This document shows, piece after piece, positions 26,100 through 39,769 of a stretch of 64,000 nucleotides of DNA (position 1 is its first letter; every line of letters begins with the position of its first letter). The notes beneath the pieces are model-generated. The model did not search any database and was not told the origin of the DNA. It saw nothing but the letters and a program-made list of their open reading frames with translations. The stretch comes from Neoconidiobolus thromboides FSU 785 (Eukaryota > Fungi > Entomophthoromycota): assembly GCA_025603075.1 (NCBI GenBank), contig MU626287.1, positions 1 to 64,000 on the forward strand, in the 5' to 3' direction. Made by a program: the position numbers and the translations under genes.

Positions 26100-27098
26100 T
26101 TCAATAAAGAAAAGTTATACAAATTACATAAATTTTGTGTTGATACTCAAAAAAATATATTTAACGAAACCATTAAAAAAATAAATAATAAAAGTTGTTT
26201 AATAATTCTAGATTTCAAACAGAATATGGAAATAGGAACAAGACCAGATTCAATAAATTTAGATCGTTATAATAAACAAGCTACATCAGTATTAGACTTT
26301 GATGTTTTATATTTAAAAAATGATAAAACAATAGCCAAAGTTTACTTTGATTATTTATCTAAAATATTAAATCATGATCCAGCATATATCAGCAGATACA
26401 CGAAATCATTTTAGATCCCAAGAGTTCCTACATTATATGGGAGTGTTTTTTTTGACTTCATTATTTTTTCCATTTTTTAAGCGTTATTTAAGCGGAAAAA
26501 TTGTTAGTAAAATTGTTAGGTACAAAAATACATTCCCATATGTTTAAAGAAATTCATAAAATAAATAGTAGTTTGAATGTTAATCTTAATTTTTTTGCTG
26601 AGCATCATGGAAAAAGTATAGTTGATGGACATTTTGGAAGCCTTTCAAAATGGAAAAGTAGTTTTGAAGCATTATGTAAAATAGAAGATATCAATCAATT
26701 GATTTCAGGATTTGAGACTTTTATTTGCAAACATAATAAAATTAATAAATCGACTGTTAATAATGGGAAAACAGATATAATTTTTAAAAAGTATCAAGAA
26801 ACAAAAATACAAAAAAGACAATAGAGATACAAGACATTAAGAAGTATTTACACTTTATTAAACATAACAATAAACTGCATTGTCATTCAGTATCTGATAG
26901 ATAAAAAAAAGCGATATAGTTCTAATTAAAGTTATAGAGTCTACAGGACATAGAAGAAGTGAAAGATCGATCCCAGCTTACCTTACGAAAACAACAGAGA
27001 ATTTAAAATTTTCGATATTTACTAAGCAAGTAAGTAGTTTGTCAAATGGTAGAAATATATTATTAAATCCTAACGTTACTCAAGTTATCAATAGTTAA
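26100..27098 (+). pseudogene. Decayed DDE transposase, Sola (Sola2)-like
   Basis: IILDFKQNM...YFDYLSKILNHD and NFFAEHHGKSIVDGHFG in consecutive frames; stops and frameshifts; interrupted by the MITE at 26439-26537. Confidence 0.6.
26439..26537 (-). mobile_element. ~98-bp MITE copy nested in the transposase remnant
   Basis: GGGAGTGT...ACATTCCC; ATAT on both flanks. Confidence 0.9.
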
Positions 27099-27762
27099 GT
27101 TAATAAATAAACTATTTCAATATTTCAATTACATTATTATTATATTACTTGTACTATATAGGGATGATTAATTATAGCTTTGGGGTTAATCATTCCCTCC
27201 TATGCAGCTATTTATTGACTTAGCAATATATTAATAATGTAGTTATAACATTAAAATAGTTTATTTATTTGATATCGAATCTGTAATGTTGGTTACAAGG
27301 CAGTCAATAATAAATGTTTCTCAATAAAGTTTTGTAAGAATATGTATTCAAGATTTAGTAGAAATTCAACTAACTTACAGTATAAACTATAATAGAATAA
27401 TTTAGAACTGTGTTTGGGTACTTTTGTTTTAATAAAAGATGTGATTTTATAGAATTTTAAGCGAAGTTTTTAAAATACAAATTTTTTTAAAAATTGGATA
27501 AAATAATTAAACAAATCCCTGGAATATACTCTAATCCATAGATAATTCTGACAATAACCCCAATACTGTCTCTAACACTGACAGCAGCACTGATATTAAG
27601 GTTAAAATTATCTTTGATACCAGCTCTACCATCAATATCAATGCGACTCTATTGATAAAATTAGCACTAGAAGTGTTATTTAAGCAATTTTATATCGAAG
27701 TCTTTGTCCTATGTTATAGAGTCTTTATTATGAAATAAGTACTTATAATCCAAAGACAATAT

Positions 27763-27888
27763 GGGGATGTCTTTTTGGTTTTACTTTTCCCATTTGAGGA
27801 TGTTTTTTTGATTTCACTTTTTCCATTTTTCAAGCGGTTTGAGTAGAATGATTGTTAGTAAAATTCTTAAACAAAAAGATACATCCAC
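27763..27888 (-). mobile_element. MITE copy with a duplicated ~33-bp end
   Basis: Terminal arm present twice (27763 and 27796); ATAT on both outer flanks. Confidence 0.75.
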
Positions 27889-28642
27889 ATATGATGTATT
27901 AGGATTACTTCTAAACATAAATTACAACCATTTGTTTTATAAAAATCTAAAATGTAAACATTTAAAGCATACAGAAATAGATCCTATCCTCTATTTCTTG
28001 TGTATTTTATAGAATGTAAGCTTTAACGAAAATTTACTGTAAAAGGCTATAGAAAGCCTCCCCATATTACAGTTTGTTTGATTTTTCATGTTAAATTATG
28101 GTAAAATAAATTGTCAAGTTTTTAAAACATTTTACAATAAAAACTATAGAACAAAACAAATACAAACCATTATTTATTTTTTACAAAAATAATCTACTGT
28201 ACTCATTGCCAAGTTCTTCTCATATTAGGTCTGATACCAAGCTTCTACTGCTGATAAGATCTTATAGTCACACTAATACAATACTAAGAAACCTTTTCCA
28301 TTTCGATTTAATGTTCTGGTTACCCATTAATGGACATATATAGACATCCAAGTCCAAAATCAGCGATAAATGGGTTTATTAGCTTGGATTCAAGTATTAA
28401 ATAGCATGTACATATATCAGCTTATCGTAATCAATGTAGTCTTTATAAATTTCATGTTTACATTTAGGGATTGATTGGTTGAGCTAGATTTTAAATTGCA
28501 TAAAGTTGCTTATTTTAGTTGCAAACATCTAGGATTAAATAAAACTATTGGATAGATTTTTTGCTGCGCAATAAAGTCAAAAAGCTTGTCTAGAAATTAG
28601 ATTTAACTTTAGAATCAATGTTAAGAAATTACTTAATCACAA

Positions 28643-28736
28643 GGGAATGTATTTTTGTTTAAGAATTTTACTAAAAATCTTTCCACTCAAATAGTGCTTG
28701 GAAGATGAAAAAGGTAATGAAGCCAAAAAACACCCC
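28643..28736 (+). mobile_element. ~98-bp MITE copy
   Basis: GGGAATGT...ACACCCC; TSD not preserved. Confidence 0.8.
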
Positions 28737-30438
28737 TATAATGTTTCGAAGCAGGTAAGCTTGCTTGATATTTTAAACAGATAGAGTCGTATATTTTAAT
28801 AAGAGAATATAAAAACTCAACAAAAAAATAGTAAAATTAAACGGATATAATAAAACACTAAAATTTTAACTAAAACTTAAGCCATGAATATAAATTGACT
28901 ATTAGCCTACTATAATCAGTATCAAATAAATAATGTAATTCCATTTCTCAGCCTGAAATAATAATAAAATATTACAAAATCATGTTAAACATAACACTGT
29001 TTCAATATAATTTATTAGATAAATCACTCTATATTTTACTTGCTATTAATAACGATGAATTTAAAAAATAATTTACTAAAAATGGTAATAAAAGTTATAA
29101 GCCAAGCTTTAATTTATTTGAATTTATGAAAGGCCTTATAAAGTAGCTTTGTTAAGAGATATTGAAAACATGTTCAATAAATTAAATTATCATCCGGAAA
29201 TTTGAGCTTTCTAATACATTGATAAATAGTTCATTTTGACCTTGGTCGAGGTTTATGATGTAGATTGTTTTTTAGTTAATATATTTTGGTTACTTAAAGC
29301 GACAATATGATGATAAATAAGTTATAATAACAAAGGATTAGTTAAATCAATTAGTTATTAAAGCAACATACAGTTTAATAAAACCATAAACTATATTGGC
29401 TTGTTTATTTAGTCAAGGAATCAAATTTACTAGTACAAATAGTATTAGGTACTTTATATTACTAATCGAAAATCATATTTGCTATTTTCAATAAAGTAAG
29501 TATAATAAAGTAACAGTGCTTGACATGAACATTTAATAATGAGTCCCAACTATCAGATTTTTTAAAATCTATTATCATCATAAAATCACCCCTTTATAAG
29601 AATATCAAAATTAAACCACTTTCTTGGACAACTCAATAAGTTACTCCGAAATAATAGCTTATTCTTTTTTAAAAATGAATTTAAAATTTTCTAATGTGTT
29701 GGATTTTTTATATTAATAAAAATCCAACAAATATCTCAAATCTGTTTATTTAATGCCACTTAATATATATATGTAATATTTATAATGTTGCATCAAGTGG
29801 CTCAAATGGAACATTGACTGAAAATATATATAAAAATTAATTAATTTAGAAGCTCGAATTTTAAAGAAATCAAAGTAAATTAAAAATTGAACTTAAAAAC
29901 TTTCAATCATAAATGAATTTCACTTGAATCCAGAATGGGCAAGTTTCCGTTAAAATTTCAAATTCATTATGACACCTAGATTTTGATCTTTTATTCGCTT
30001 AAATTTGAAATTCCTCGCATTGATTAGCCAAACTTGGCTTCTAAAAATATTCTAAATACCTAGAGCTGCCCAGAATTGAAATAAAAACTAATGCTTAATC
30101 AACCTAAGGGTCAATAAAGGGTAAACAGTTAGAAAACAGCCAATTAAAATTTTAAAATGTAGTGGAGTAAATGGAGATAGTATGTTGATTGGAAGATGGT
30201 ATTTGTAACGATATATAATTGCTGATGGCTTTTTTGTAAATAGTGCCCCTAACAAATAAAGTCATTGTTCTACAGAGATTTAAAAGTTATAATTAATAGA
30301 TTTTTATGCTTCATAAATTAGGAACAAAAACTCAATAAATATTGAAATAATATTTATAAATATCAGCTTTAATTTTTTTCATTTTTTAATCTCTTTATTT
30401 TTCTTTATTTTTCATTTCAACTAGATTAATTTTATTTA

Positions 30439-32237
30439 ATGGCTTATAAAGTAATTCAGTTTTTTATTTACTTATAATTGATATTAATATTTCCCTTTTA
30501 AAGGCTGGTTTAGAACAATGGAATTTAGCTGTTCAAACTTTTGAACAAAATGATTTACACGGTTCTCTCACAATATTTGAAGTAAATACTTAGATATTTT
30601 TATAAAGGGTCTCAACTAACACAATATATAGGAAATGGGCGGTACTGCCAAAATTCATTTTAATATTGGCGTATTATATTCATTATTAGGAAATTATGAT
30701 CTTGCTGTAAGTATTTCATTTAGATGTACCAACCAGTTTATTATTATCTAGTACAGTTAACTAATAGTTCTTTATCAATAGATTTCCTCTTATAATAATG
30801 CGATTGAATTAGACAATTATTTAGCTATAGCTTATTTTGCGAGAGCATTAGCGAATTTAGAGATTAATGATATCGACTCAGCTTCAGAAGACTTTAATGA
30901 TTGTTTATTATATTTAAGAGGGAACCAACATATCGATTATTTTCAATTAGGTTTAGATTTTAAATTATATTCTTGTGAAGTCTTATATAACCGAGGTTTA
31001 TGTCAATTTAAATTAAACAATTCAGAAAATGGAATGGTAGATTTAAAAGCTGCTGCAAAAGAGAAACAGCAAGCTCATCATGATATTATCAATAGAGCTA
31101 TTGATTTAAATGGAAAAGTAATTAATTTTGCTATTATTTTAATGAATTGTAATAGTAATATTTTGATAATAGAATTCCCCAATGTTTCGATTACCAGATG
31201 GTTGTTTATTTCGACCATGTGAAAGTATGGTTAAAAATACGAAAAAAATAGACTATTTGGGCCAAGCTAAAGTCATAGCAGCTAATTCAGGTGGACCGGC
31301 TATGTTGAGTCATAGTAAAACATTAAGGAAATTTCCAGAAAAAGCACCAACATCTACATCTTCCGATATCAAACCAATTGCTACTACTTTAACCCATAGC
31401 AAATCTGTACGTAATTTTGCTAGTAAAGTGGGCGAAATCAGTACTCAAGATAACAATTCATTTTCTATTGGGTTAAGTCATAGTAAATCTATGCGAGTCC
31501 TTCCTGGTAAATCACCAAAATCTATGCTAAATTTACCAGCTAACCCAGCTTTATCTCAATTAAATCGTTCAGCTTCTGCATTGGTTAGCCCAAGGTTATT
31601 ATCTAGATCCGACACCTTACCGGCTGGTAGTATACCTGCTAGATCTTCTGCAAGATCAACAAATTTGAAACTATCTAATTCTATTGGAGATATTCATAGA
31701 TTTAATTCACAAAGAAAATCAGAAGAAAATAGTGAAAATTTAGAAGAAAGTGAAGAAAGTTATCTCAAGCCTATACCAGGTCCTGGAAAAGCAACTTATC
31801 CATTAACACCCTCCCCATTAGCTTCAAGTCCAGAAGAATCTTATTTTCTTGAATTATCCAAACCACCAAGTCTTACTCATTCCGCTTCCAGTTTTAATTC
31901 GCCAACATTATATGATTCAGAAACAATAAGATCTAGAGCACCAGTACCTAAGGGTAAAATGAAAATTAAATGTCATTTTAATGACACACGTACGTTGATG
32001 GTCAATGCCGATATTAAATTTAAAGAATTACAAACTAAAATTGTAGAAAAGTTTTCAAGTGAATTGAATTTAAAATTGAAATATAAAGATGAAGATGATG
32101 AATTAGTTCTAATTACAGATCAAGAAGATTTAGATATGGCTTTAGCTTCACTTTGTATTAATTCTGATGGCACAATGTCTCATTTAGATCCAGAATCCGG
32201 TTTTGACGGTAGATTTGAAGTTTGGTGTTCGCTTTAA
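30439..32237 (+). CDS. noxR: NADPH oxidase regulator NoxR (p67phox-like: TPR domain + PB1)
   Basis: Spliced N-terminus AKIHFNIG...LAIAYFARA...LRGNQHIDYFQLGLDFKLYSCEVLYNRGL; LFRP; C-terminal PB1 KIKCHF...KYKDEDDELVLITDQEDL. Confidence 0.9.
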
Positions 32238-32736
32238 ATTGTTTTAGTTAATAATGGTAATTGAAAGAGATTCTATATTGTCAATTAACAAACTCTTTCA
32301 TCAACCTTTCTTTTGAACTCTCTGATTTCATCCACTTTTTTCTATTATGATGGTTTTTGGATCAAACTAATTTAAGTTTATTTTTTACTTTGTTTTTATT
32401 TTGAATATTATATAAAAAAATCATACTTTTAATAAATCAATTCTTTTAAAACTATCAAGTTTATCAAATAATAGTATTCATTTTTTATTTTAATGTTTTA
32501 ATTAAAACTTGAATTAAATTAAATATGACGGTTAAATTGATTTACTAAATCTAGTATTTTTATATTAAATTTTGATGAACTAGACTTTTAATGCTGTCTA
32601 TTCCTTTTAAAATCAATGCTTAGTAAAAATATAAGTTAAAAATCACACCATTTATATTTATATTTTTACTTTTTAAATATTGAAATCAATTAACATATTA
32701 ATATATTATTATTAATAGTAGAAATAAAATTATATA

Positions 32737-34736
32737 ATGGAAAAGCGGTTGATAGATCTAGTAGTTAAATCGAGAAATAGTTTACATTTAGGAGAAGAGT
32801 TATGTTACTCCGGTACCGAATTGATTCAATCTAGTCAAGATTTATTTCAAAATTTACAGTTACTATATCCAAGGTTAATATTCATTCAAAGGTTTTTAAC
32901 CCAGCAATTGAAGGTAAGAATGTTTATACATTCATATATTATAATAATAATATAATTAATCCTATTTAATTATTTTTATAGTATTTAGAAAATGTATTAT
33001 TATTAAGTGAGACTAAGCTAACTTCATTAAATCAATTTATACAAATAAAAGAAAGAGATATTGGTAATATCTTAGCCAATTTAGATGTCTTGAAAGAAAA
33101 ATTAAAAAACACACCCATTTATAATCAAGAAGATTTTAAGTTTAAAGAAAACAATGATAATAGCGAAACAGAAACAAATACTAAAGTTAAAAATTTGTTT
33201 GATTATATTGATGATAACGCACCTAAAGAATTAGAGCATAATTTAAATTTAGAAATTAATCAATTAAAGGTAAAGTTAGAATTAAATTTATAATCTTATA
33301 CTTTTATAATAATCAATTATTTTACAGAGTTATCAGCAACAATTAGAAGAATTATTACTTGGATTGAAACAAGGTTATCAACAATTGAATATAACTTTAT
33401 ATGAAGAACATGCATCAATATCGCTGACTGAATCGGCTATTAAATATGCTCAAGATAAATCCGCATTTCAAGGTAAGCAAGCCAGTATTATGGCTCAAGC
33501 TTTATTGACCATATCAAACCATTACGATAGTGTAACAGATTGTATTAGGTAAAATATTAAGTTTATTGTTCTTTATTGATTAACAAAAATAGAGGAGTAG
33601 AAACTGATAATATTCAATATCAACCAATGGATGAAACGAAATTATTTAGTAAGTATAAATATATATAAACATAATGTATAGATATTTAATATAATCACTT
33701 CTTAGTATTAGAAAGAGACACAGAAGAATTAAGTTCACTTAAGGAAGAATTAGAATCTAGTTTACAAGTCATTGAATCTGTACATGAAGATGCTATTGTT
33801 CGCCAACAATTATATCATGTAGTTTATCAAGAAAAAGTACAATTTTTTAAGCAATTAAATATGTACAATGGTCCTATAAGTGAACTTTGTCAATTATTAA
33901 GACGAATCAATGATGAAATGGAAAATAAACCTAGGATTGAAGGTTATCTTGAAGATCTTTGGAGTTTAGGAACAAGGTAACAGAGGACAAGCAAAGGTTT
34001 GGATAGAGATACTAATAATGTTGTTTGTTTCTAGTTACGAAGACTTTATTGAGGCATATAGTAATGTGTTATTAGAATTAGAAAGAAGACAAAAAATTGA
34101 AGAACAACATTCTTTAATGATATCTCAGTTTAATCAGAAATTAGCTTCTATGTACGATGGTAAGTATAGAGTAAAATGATTGTTAGAATTTCAACTTAAC
34201 GTTTTTTTTTACAACAGATGAAAAAAGACAACGGGAAAATTTTTTATATAAATTTGCGGATTATTTACCGGGTGAATTAAGTTTATCACTTAATGTAAGT
34301 TCTTTCTCTTAACATTAAGGTGGATTATAACTAATTTTTTGGATAGATATTGCCAATAGCTTACAATATTGTAGAATTAGAACGTATTAATTATAAATTA
34401 AACGAGAGTGATAATAGTAGTACTAAATCGAAAGAGAAGGAGGATAAAGAAAGCAATAAAGATAGTAAAGGTAATGAAGAAATAAGTAAGATTATTGTTT
34501 TAGTTTATAACTAATGACTTATGTAGTTAATTGTTTAGATAATGAACAAAAAGATAGTAAGTTGCCTAATGTTGAAATCAATAGTCCTTCCAATTCAAGT
34601 TTAGATGAAAATTCAACAACGGATGCAGCATTTCAATCAGCCAATGAATCGAATGCGTCATCGGTAAGTTTAATTTACTTTAGTCTATTTGAACTCTTTT
34701 TAAATATTATTTTATTAGATTCATAGCAATTCATAA
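32737..34736 (+). CDS. ATG17: Autophagy scaffold Atg17-like protein, multi-exon
   Basis: Coiled-coil protein with KSRNSL..GEELC, LFDYID and MAQALLTISNHYD..C-type segments; about 9 short introns. Confidence 0.7.
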
Positions 34737-34963
34737 TAATCTTTAATTTCTATTTGTAATTTTAATTAAGAGTTAGTATCTTAAGATGTTCTTTTTATTT
34801 TAGTAATTAGACTTTATTTATATTCTATATTTATATCATTTTTAATAAATTGATAAATAAAATATTTAATTATTTTTTAAAATTATAAACCAGTTAATAT
34901 ATTAAAACACATAAAGTATAAAATAAATAAAAAAGTACATTTACTTTAATAACTCAATCAAAT

Positions 34964-36115
34964 TCATAATTGAATTTTAGAAACAGCATCTAAAACCAAT
35001 TTACCAGCTCTAGGCTCAACAATATCTTTAACATCATCTTCTAAGAAAACATCGTTAACACGATCAGCAAAGATCATATGAAGAGCATAAGCACGTATAC
35101 TTTTATCTAATGAACACTGAGCTAAATGATATAATTGATAACTTTCCATTTCTAAACTTAATAGATTGGGATAATGTTTTTTAATATTATCAATATGTCC
35201 TTCATTATCATCTTTAAAATGACTAGCAATACGACCTAGGAAAAGATATTAGATTGTGTATTAGGTTTTAATAAATTATAATCTTGATTTACCTTGAGAA
35301 CTATAAAAAGAATCACAAGTTACATTAAGCCCAGTAAATAATTTTTCTTCAGAGCTAGCTAATGACTTTAGCTAAAAAAATAAACCCTGTATTAATTCCC
35401 ATATTAAAATCAAAAGTATATCATAGTCCCTTACCAAATCTTCAAAAGCCTTATCACCTGGAATAGGTTTAGTAAAAATATAAGGTTCCGATGTTTTATC
35501 ACCAGTAAAATGATCATAATTTCTAATACATCCAGCAGCTTCTGAAGCTAAAGCTAAAGATCCTACACTAGCTCCATCAACTAATGAACCACATGAACCA
35601 AATCTTGATATATGATTAATTCAAATTCATTCATATAAAATAAATTATTAATAATTTCTACAACTTACCTACAAATGAAAATTGGACCATCAACAACAGC
35701 ACGAACTTCTCTAACAAAAAAATCCATCATAGCTGGACCCTAATTATTATATTATATCAACACATATTTGTTTAAAAGAGAAAATATCTTCTTCACTTAC
35801 CATACCAATAGAAATAATAGTAACAAGTACATCGTTATAATGACCAGTGATGGTAGTAAACCCTCTGCCTGAAGTAACTACCTTTAAATCTTCTTTTTTT
35901 TCTTGTAAACAAGAAGCTAATTTCCATGCACGAGTACTATCACCTACAGTAATGATACGATTGGCAACTGGGAGTTAGGGATTAGTTTTTTGAATAATAT
36001 CATTAAAATAAGATTATATATATTTACCATCTCCAGGTTTAACACCAACATGATGAACTCTACCAGCTTCATCGACTGGAAAATTAGCATTACGGACAAA
36101 GGTTTCACTGCTCAT
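34964..36115 (-). CDS. Nucleoside (uridine) phosphorylase family protein, PNP_UDP_1
   Basis: NANFPVDEAGRVHHVG, NRIITVGD, SGRGFTTITG, RFGSCG, DSFYSSQGR, LEMES. Confidence 0.85.
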
Positions 36116-36770
36116 TCTTTTTATAAAATAAATTATAGTGAAGTTTATTTGAGTTTTTTATTTATATAATATTCAGTTAATAGGTCATAAAAAACTTAAC
36201 CAATTAAACAAATACTTAATGAATTTTAATGACATTTGAGAATAGAGTATAATTTTCGAAGAAAAATGATTAAAGCTTTTGACAGCTTATAATGTGGAGA
36301 TCATAGTTGGCAATATTAAGAAATTTTTATGGACCATATGACTTTACTTTTAATGTATAACCTAAAGTAACTTTGAAAGTTCTTCTATGAAGTTATTTAG
36401 AAAAAAATTTAACCCCATCTCCGTATATTACTCTTATTGCTAAACACGTTATCTGAGTTACATACAGAAAAATCAACTTTTTGATTTTGTTATAGTTATA
36501 TTCAAGGAATGTATATAAATTTTATCTAGGTTAATATGACCCCAAACTACTGATTACAATCTAGAAGTATTGTGAACGTTACTCAAGCACAAATATTAAA
36601 AGTTCACTCTTTCGTAACGTAATTGGCTTAAATAATCACTTTGTCTTAAATCAAAAGCAATATCTAAAATTTTATTACATTCAAAAATCCCTGTTAATTT
36701 TTTGGTAGTGTCAAAAAAAATAGTTTGTCCTATAAGGGTTGCTTTTGAAATGATTAATCAGGAAATAATG

Positions 36771-36868
36771 GGGGTGTTTTTTTTGGCTTCATTACTTTTA
36801 CCATCTTTCAAGCACTATTTAAGTAAAAAAAATTACTAGTAAAATTCTAAATACAAAAATATATCCCC
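36771..36868 (-). mobile_element. ~98-bp MITE copy
   Basis: Reverse consensus; flanks AATG/AATA. Confidence 0.8.
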
Positions 36869-37783
36869 AATATTTGAAAGTCCTTGACAAGATTTTTTTT
36901 TATTGAGACAATGTCAAGATTATTAATTTTAATTTGTCAAAGCTAAACCTAACTTTTGGACAAGCGTTCTCAATTTAGGACAGTATAGTATTTCTACCTA
37001 ATAATTCGATTCAATTTTAAATATTTGCAGCCAATAAGTAAAATTTATGCAACAAAAAATCGAATTAAGTTAATCATTTTTAATGCCTAATTTGAAGTTT
37101 AAAATGCATATTTTATCCCACAATGAATATTTTTAAAACAATTTAATAGTTATATAACAAATCAAAAATTATATTTGGGCCACTGGTGGATGTTATAACA
37201 AATAAAGTATAGATTGATCTGCTATTCAATGGACAAATCAGGCTACCACTGCTGTTCTTCAGCCGTTTTTAAACCTTGAGTGTAGATGAGTCGATGATGC
37301 ATTGAACGGAAACGTAAAAGGACATTTAGTGAAGTATTAGTGGTATCATAAGATCTTTACCGAGGTGCTAGGGTTCTGAGGAGCATACAATAACCTGATT
37401 TGAGAAGGACTTGAGTGTGAACTGTCAGTTTAATTTTTCGACAAAACAAATAGTTGATTTAATGTAAAGTTAGAGTAAAAAAAATTAAAGCTACTTATTT
37501 GAATTTTAAATATGACTATAGCATATTTTTAATAATATAAACTTTAAACTATAATTAAAGGGCTCTTATATTTTAACTATACAGAAGTTTTGTTCTAATA
37601 TATAAAATGGAATCAATACTAACGTCAAATTTAAAAAAGTGAAATTATATAATAGTACTTCTACTAAATAGAAGCTGGAAATAGATTGTAATTGAATATT
37701 TAATTTTATTTTATAGTACTTTCCAAGTAAAGCTCAATGTACTGAAATTTTTTAATATCATTACATGCTTAAAAGTATAATAT

Positions 37784-37879
37784 AAGAGTGTTTTTTTTGA
37801 CTTTATTTTTTCCATTTTTTAAGCGTTATTTAAGCGGAAAAATTGTTAGTAAAATTCTTAAACACAAGAATACATTCCC
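37784..37879 (-). mobile_element. ~98-bp MITE copy
   Basis: Very similar to 26439-26537; ATAT on both flanks. Confidence 0.85.
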
Positions 37880-38328
37880 ATATGGTTTTGGTAGTAGTGT
37901 TAAAAAATAGTTTATTACTTTATAATAAAGTAAAATCAAGAAAGTAGTCAAATTTACCCAATAAAGATATATTTTGTAATGTATATGAATAAGGTCATAT
38001 ATTCATAGTATAATATAGTTGTACATTTTCTTTTCAAACTTAATTGAATTTAATAAGCTATTTTTTTATATAAAATATAATCAATAGAGTTATCTGTGTA
38101 TTTTAATTCTTGAATGAATTACATAAATTGAATATTTATCAAGGTGTTACCTTTCGTCTATTCTTTCTTAATATTTAAATTTATTTACAATTTAGCTATA
38201 TAAAATTATAAGCTTATAATTAGCCAGTTTATTACCTTTTTGTTAATATAATGTGAAAAAACGGCCGAATTTTATAAAAAAGTATACATTTTATTAAGAT
38301 CTAATATAGTTCTAAAATTCAATTATGA

Positions 38329-39154
38329 TTAAATTAAATCTTTAGCTTTAACATATTCGGTAGATTCTGGCTCTAAACTGTGCTCATCATTTCTTTTGAT
38401 TTTCGAATAATGATAAAAGGAAAAGAAAGAAACAAATATTACCAACATGATAATGGAGGATATATTATTTATACTTAATAAAAAACTTATAGATTCATCA
38501 TCCAAGTCATTGATATAAATAGAAGCATAAAACAGCAACTTGTAACCAAGCGAAAACAACAAACTACCAAGTATAGCGGAAAAGTATAATTTAAAAAAAG
38601 CTTGGAAAAAGAAACTGAAAAATAAAAATAAACCTGAAAGACTTAAACTTATGATAATGATTTGTATAAAGTTGTGTGTTAATAGTCCAATAAATATGCC
38701 TAGCAATAATCCAAAATTTATACTTAATAAAATATTAGCTAACAGTTCAATATGCGCCACTATCGATCCCATTATTATCCCTATAATTACACTACCTACT
38801 AAATTTATAATTAATTTAATATGTACCTGTCGTCGGAATTCCAAATAAGCGCTCTCTACTTCATATACATCCTCTATCGTTGGCATTTTTAACCAGTATA
38901 GCAATAGTATGTTACTCACCAATATGCATAGTATAAAAAAGAACTTGAAGCCAACGATAAAATATTGATATTTTAATGTTTTTTGATCGTATTTTAATAT
39001 GAATATTCCCAATAAAACTAGCAAGGATCCAACTACATAAACAGCTTGAAATAAACCAACTAAACATTGAAGTTAAACTTGGCTATTTTTAATCTACAGA
39101 AATACAAGTACCTGAGGACCTTAAAACGGAAATCAATATTATTCCAGCATCCAT
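38329..39154 (-). CDS. Multi-pass membrane protein, possibly DUF4203/TM7SF3-TMEM198-like
   Basis: About 7 hydrophobic Gly-patterned segments; a short first exon (MDAGIILISVLRSS) with a GT-AG intron is inferred. Confidence 0.6.
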
Positions 39155-39697
39155 TTGAAAGTTTTAATAAATGATATAAAAAAGATTTAGTTTGATATCA
39201 TTTTTCTATTTATTTATACCTTAAAGTACCCATGATTTCTACCATTGTTTTTGTCCACCTCACGTTTGCTTAAAATTAAAAAAGTAAAACTTAACCTTAA
39301 TTGAGAGGTACTATGAATTCATATCATATTAAGTACTTTAGAGCTAACAATGAGTAATGAATACTATCATTAAAAATACTTTGAACTTTAAAAGTTAATT
39401 GTTTAAAATTGATCCCATTAAAACTGTATAAGTTTGGATATACTACTAATACAATAGACTGCAATGAGTAATTAAATAAATTATTCAAAGTAAAATCTCA
39501 AAAATACAAGCTACCATGTGTAAAGTAATTCCCTTTATTTAGGAAAAACATCATTCTTTTATTCTGATCTTGGACTAGCCTTTTTAAGACGATTTTTAAT
39601 ATACTATTTAAGATTTACAAAAAATCGGAGATTTTGCAATTATAGTTTGCTTGATTAATAATTTAAATAAATATTAACAATTCAAATTAGAGAGTAA

Positions 39698-39769
39698 AGC
39701 ATCTTGGCGCAGAGGAAGCGCGCGGGGCTCATAACCCCGAGGTCGAAGGATCGAAACCTTCAGATGCTA
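39698..39769 (+). tRNA. tRNA-iMet: Initiator tRNA-Met (CAT)
   Basis: AGCATCT/AGATGCT acceptor with A1:U72; GGGG-CTCATAA-CCCC anticodon arm; T-loop GATCGAAA (A54/A60); T5 run downstream. Confidence 0.97.

Noticed and set aside
28200-28620. Possible integrase-like relic
   Set aside because: Only vague word similarity in stop-filled frames; not supportable.
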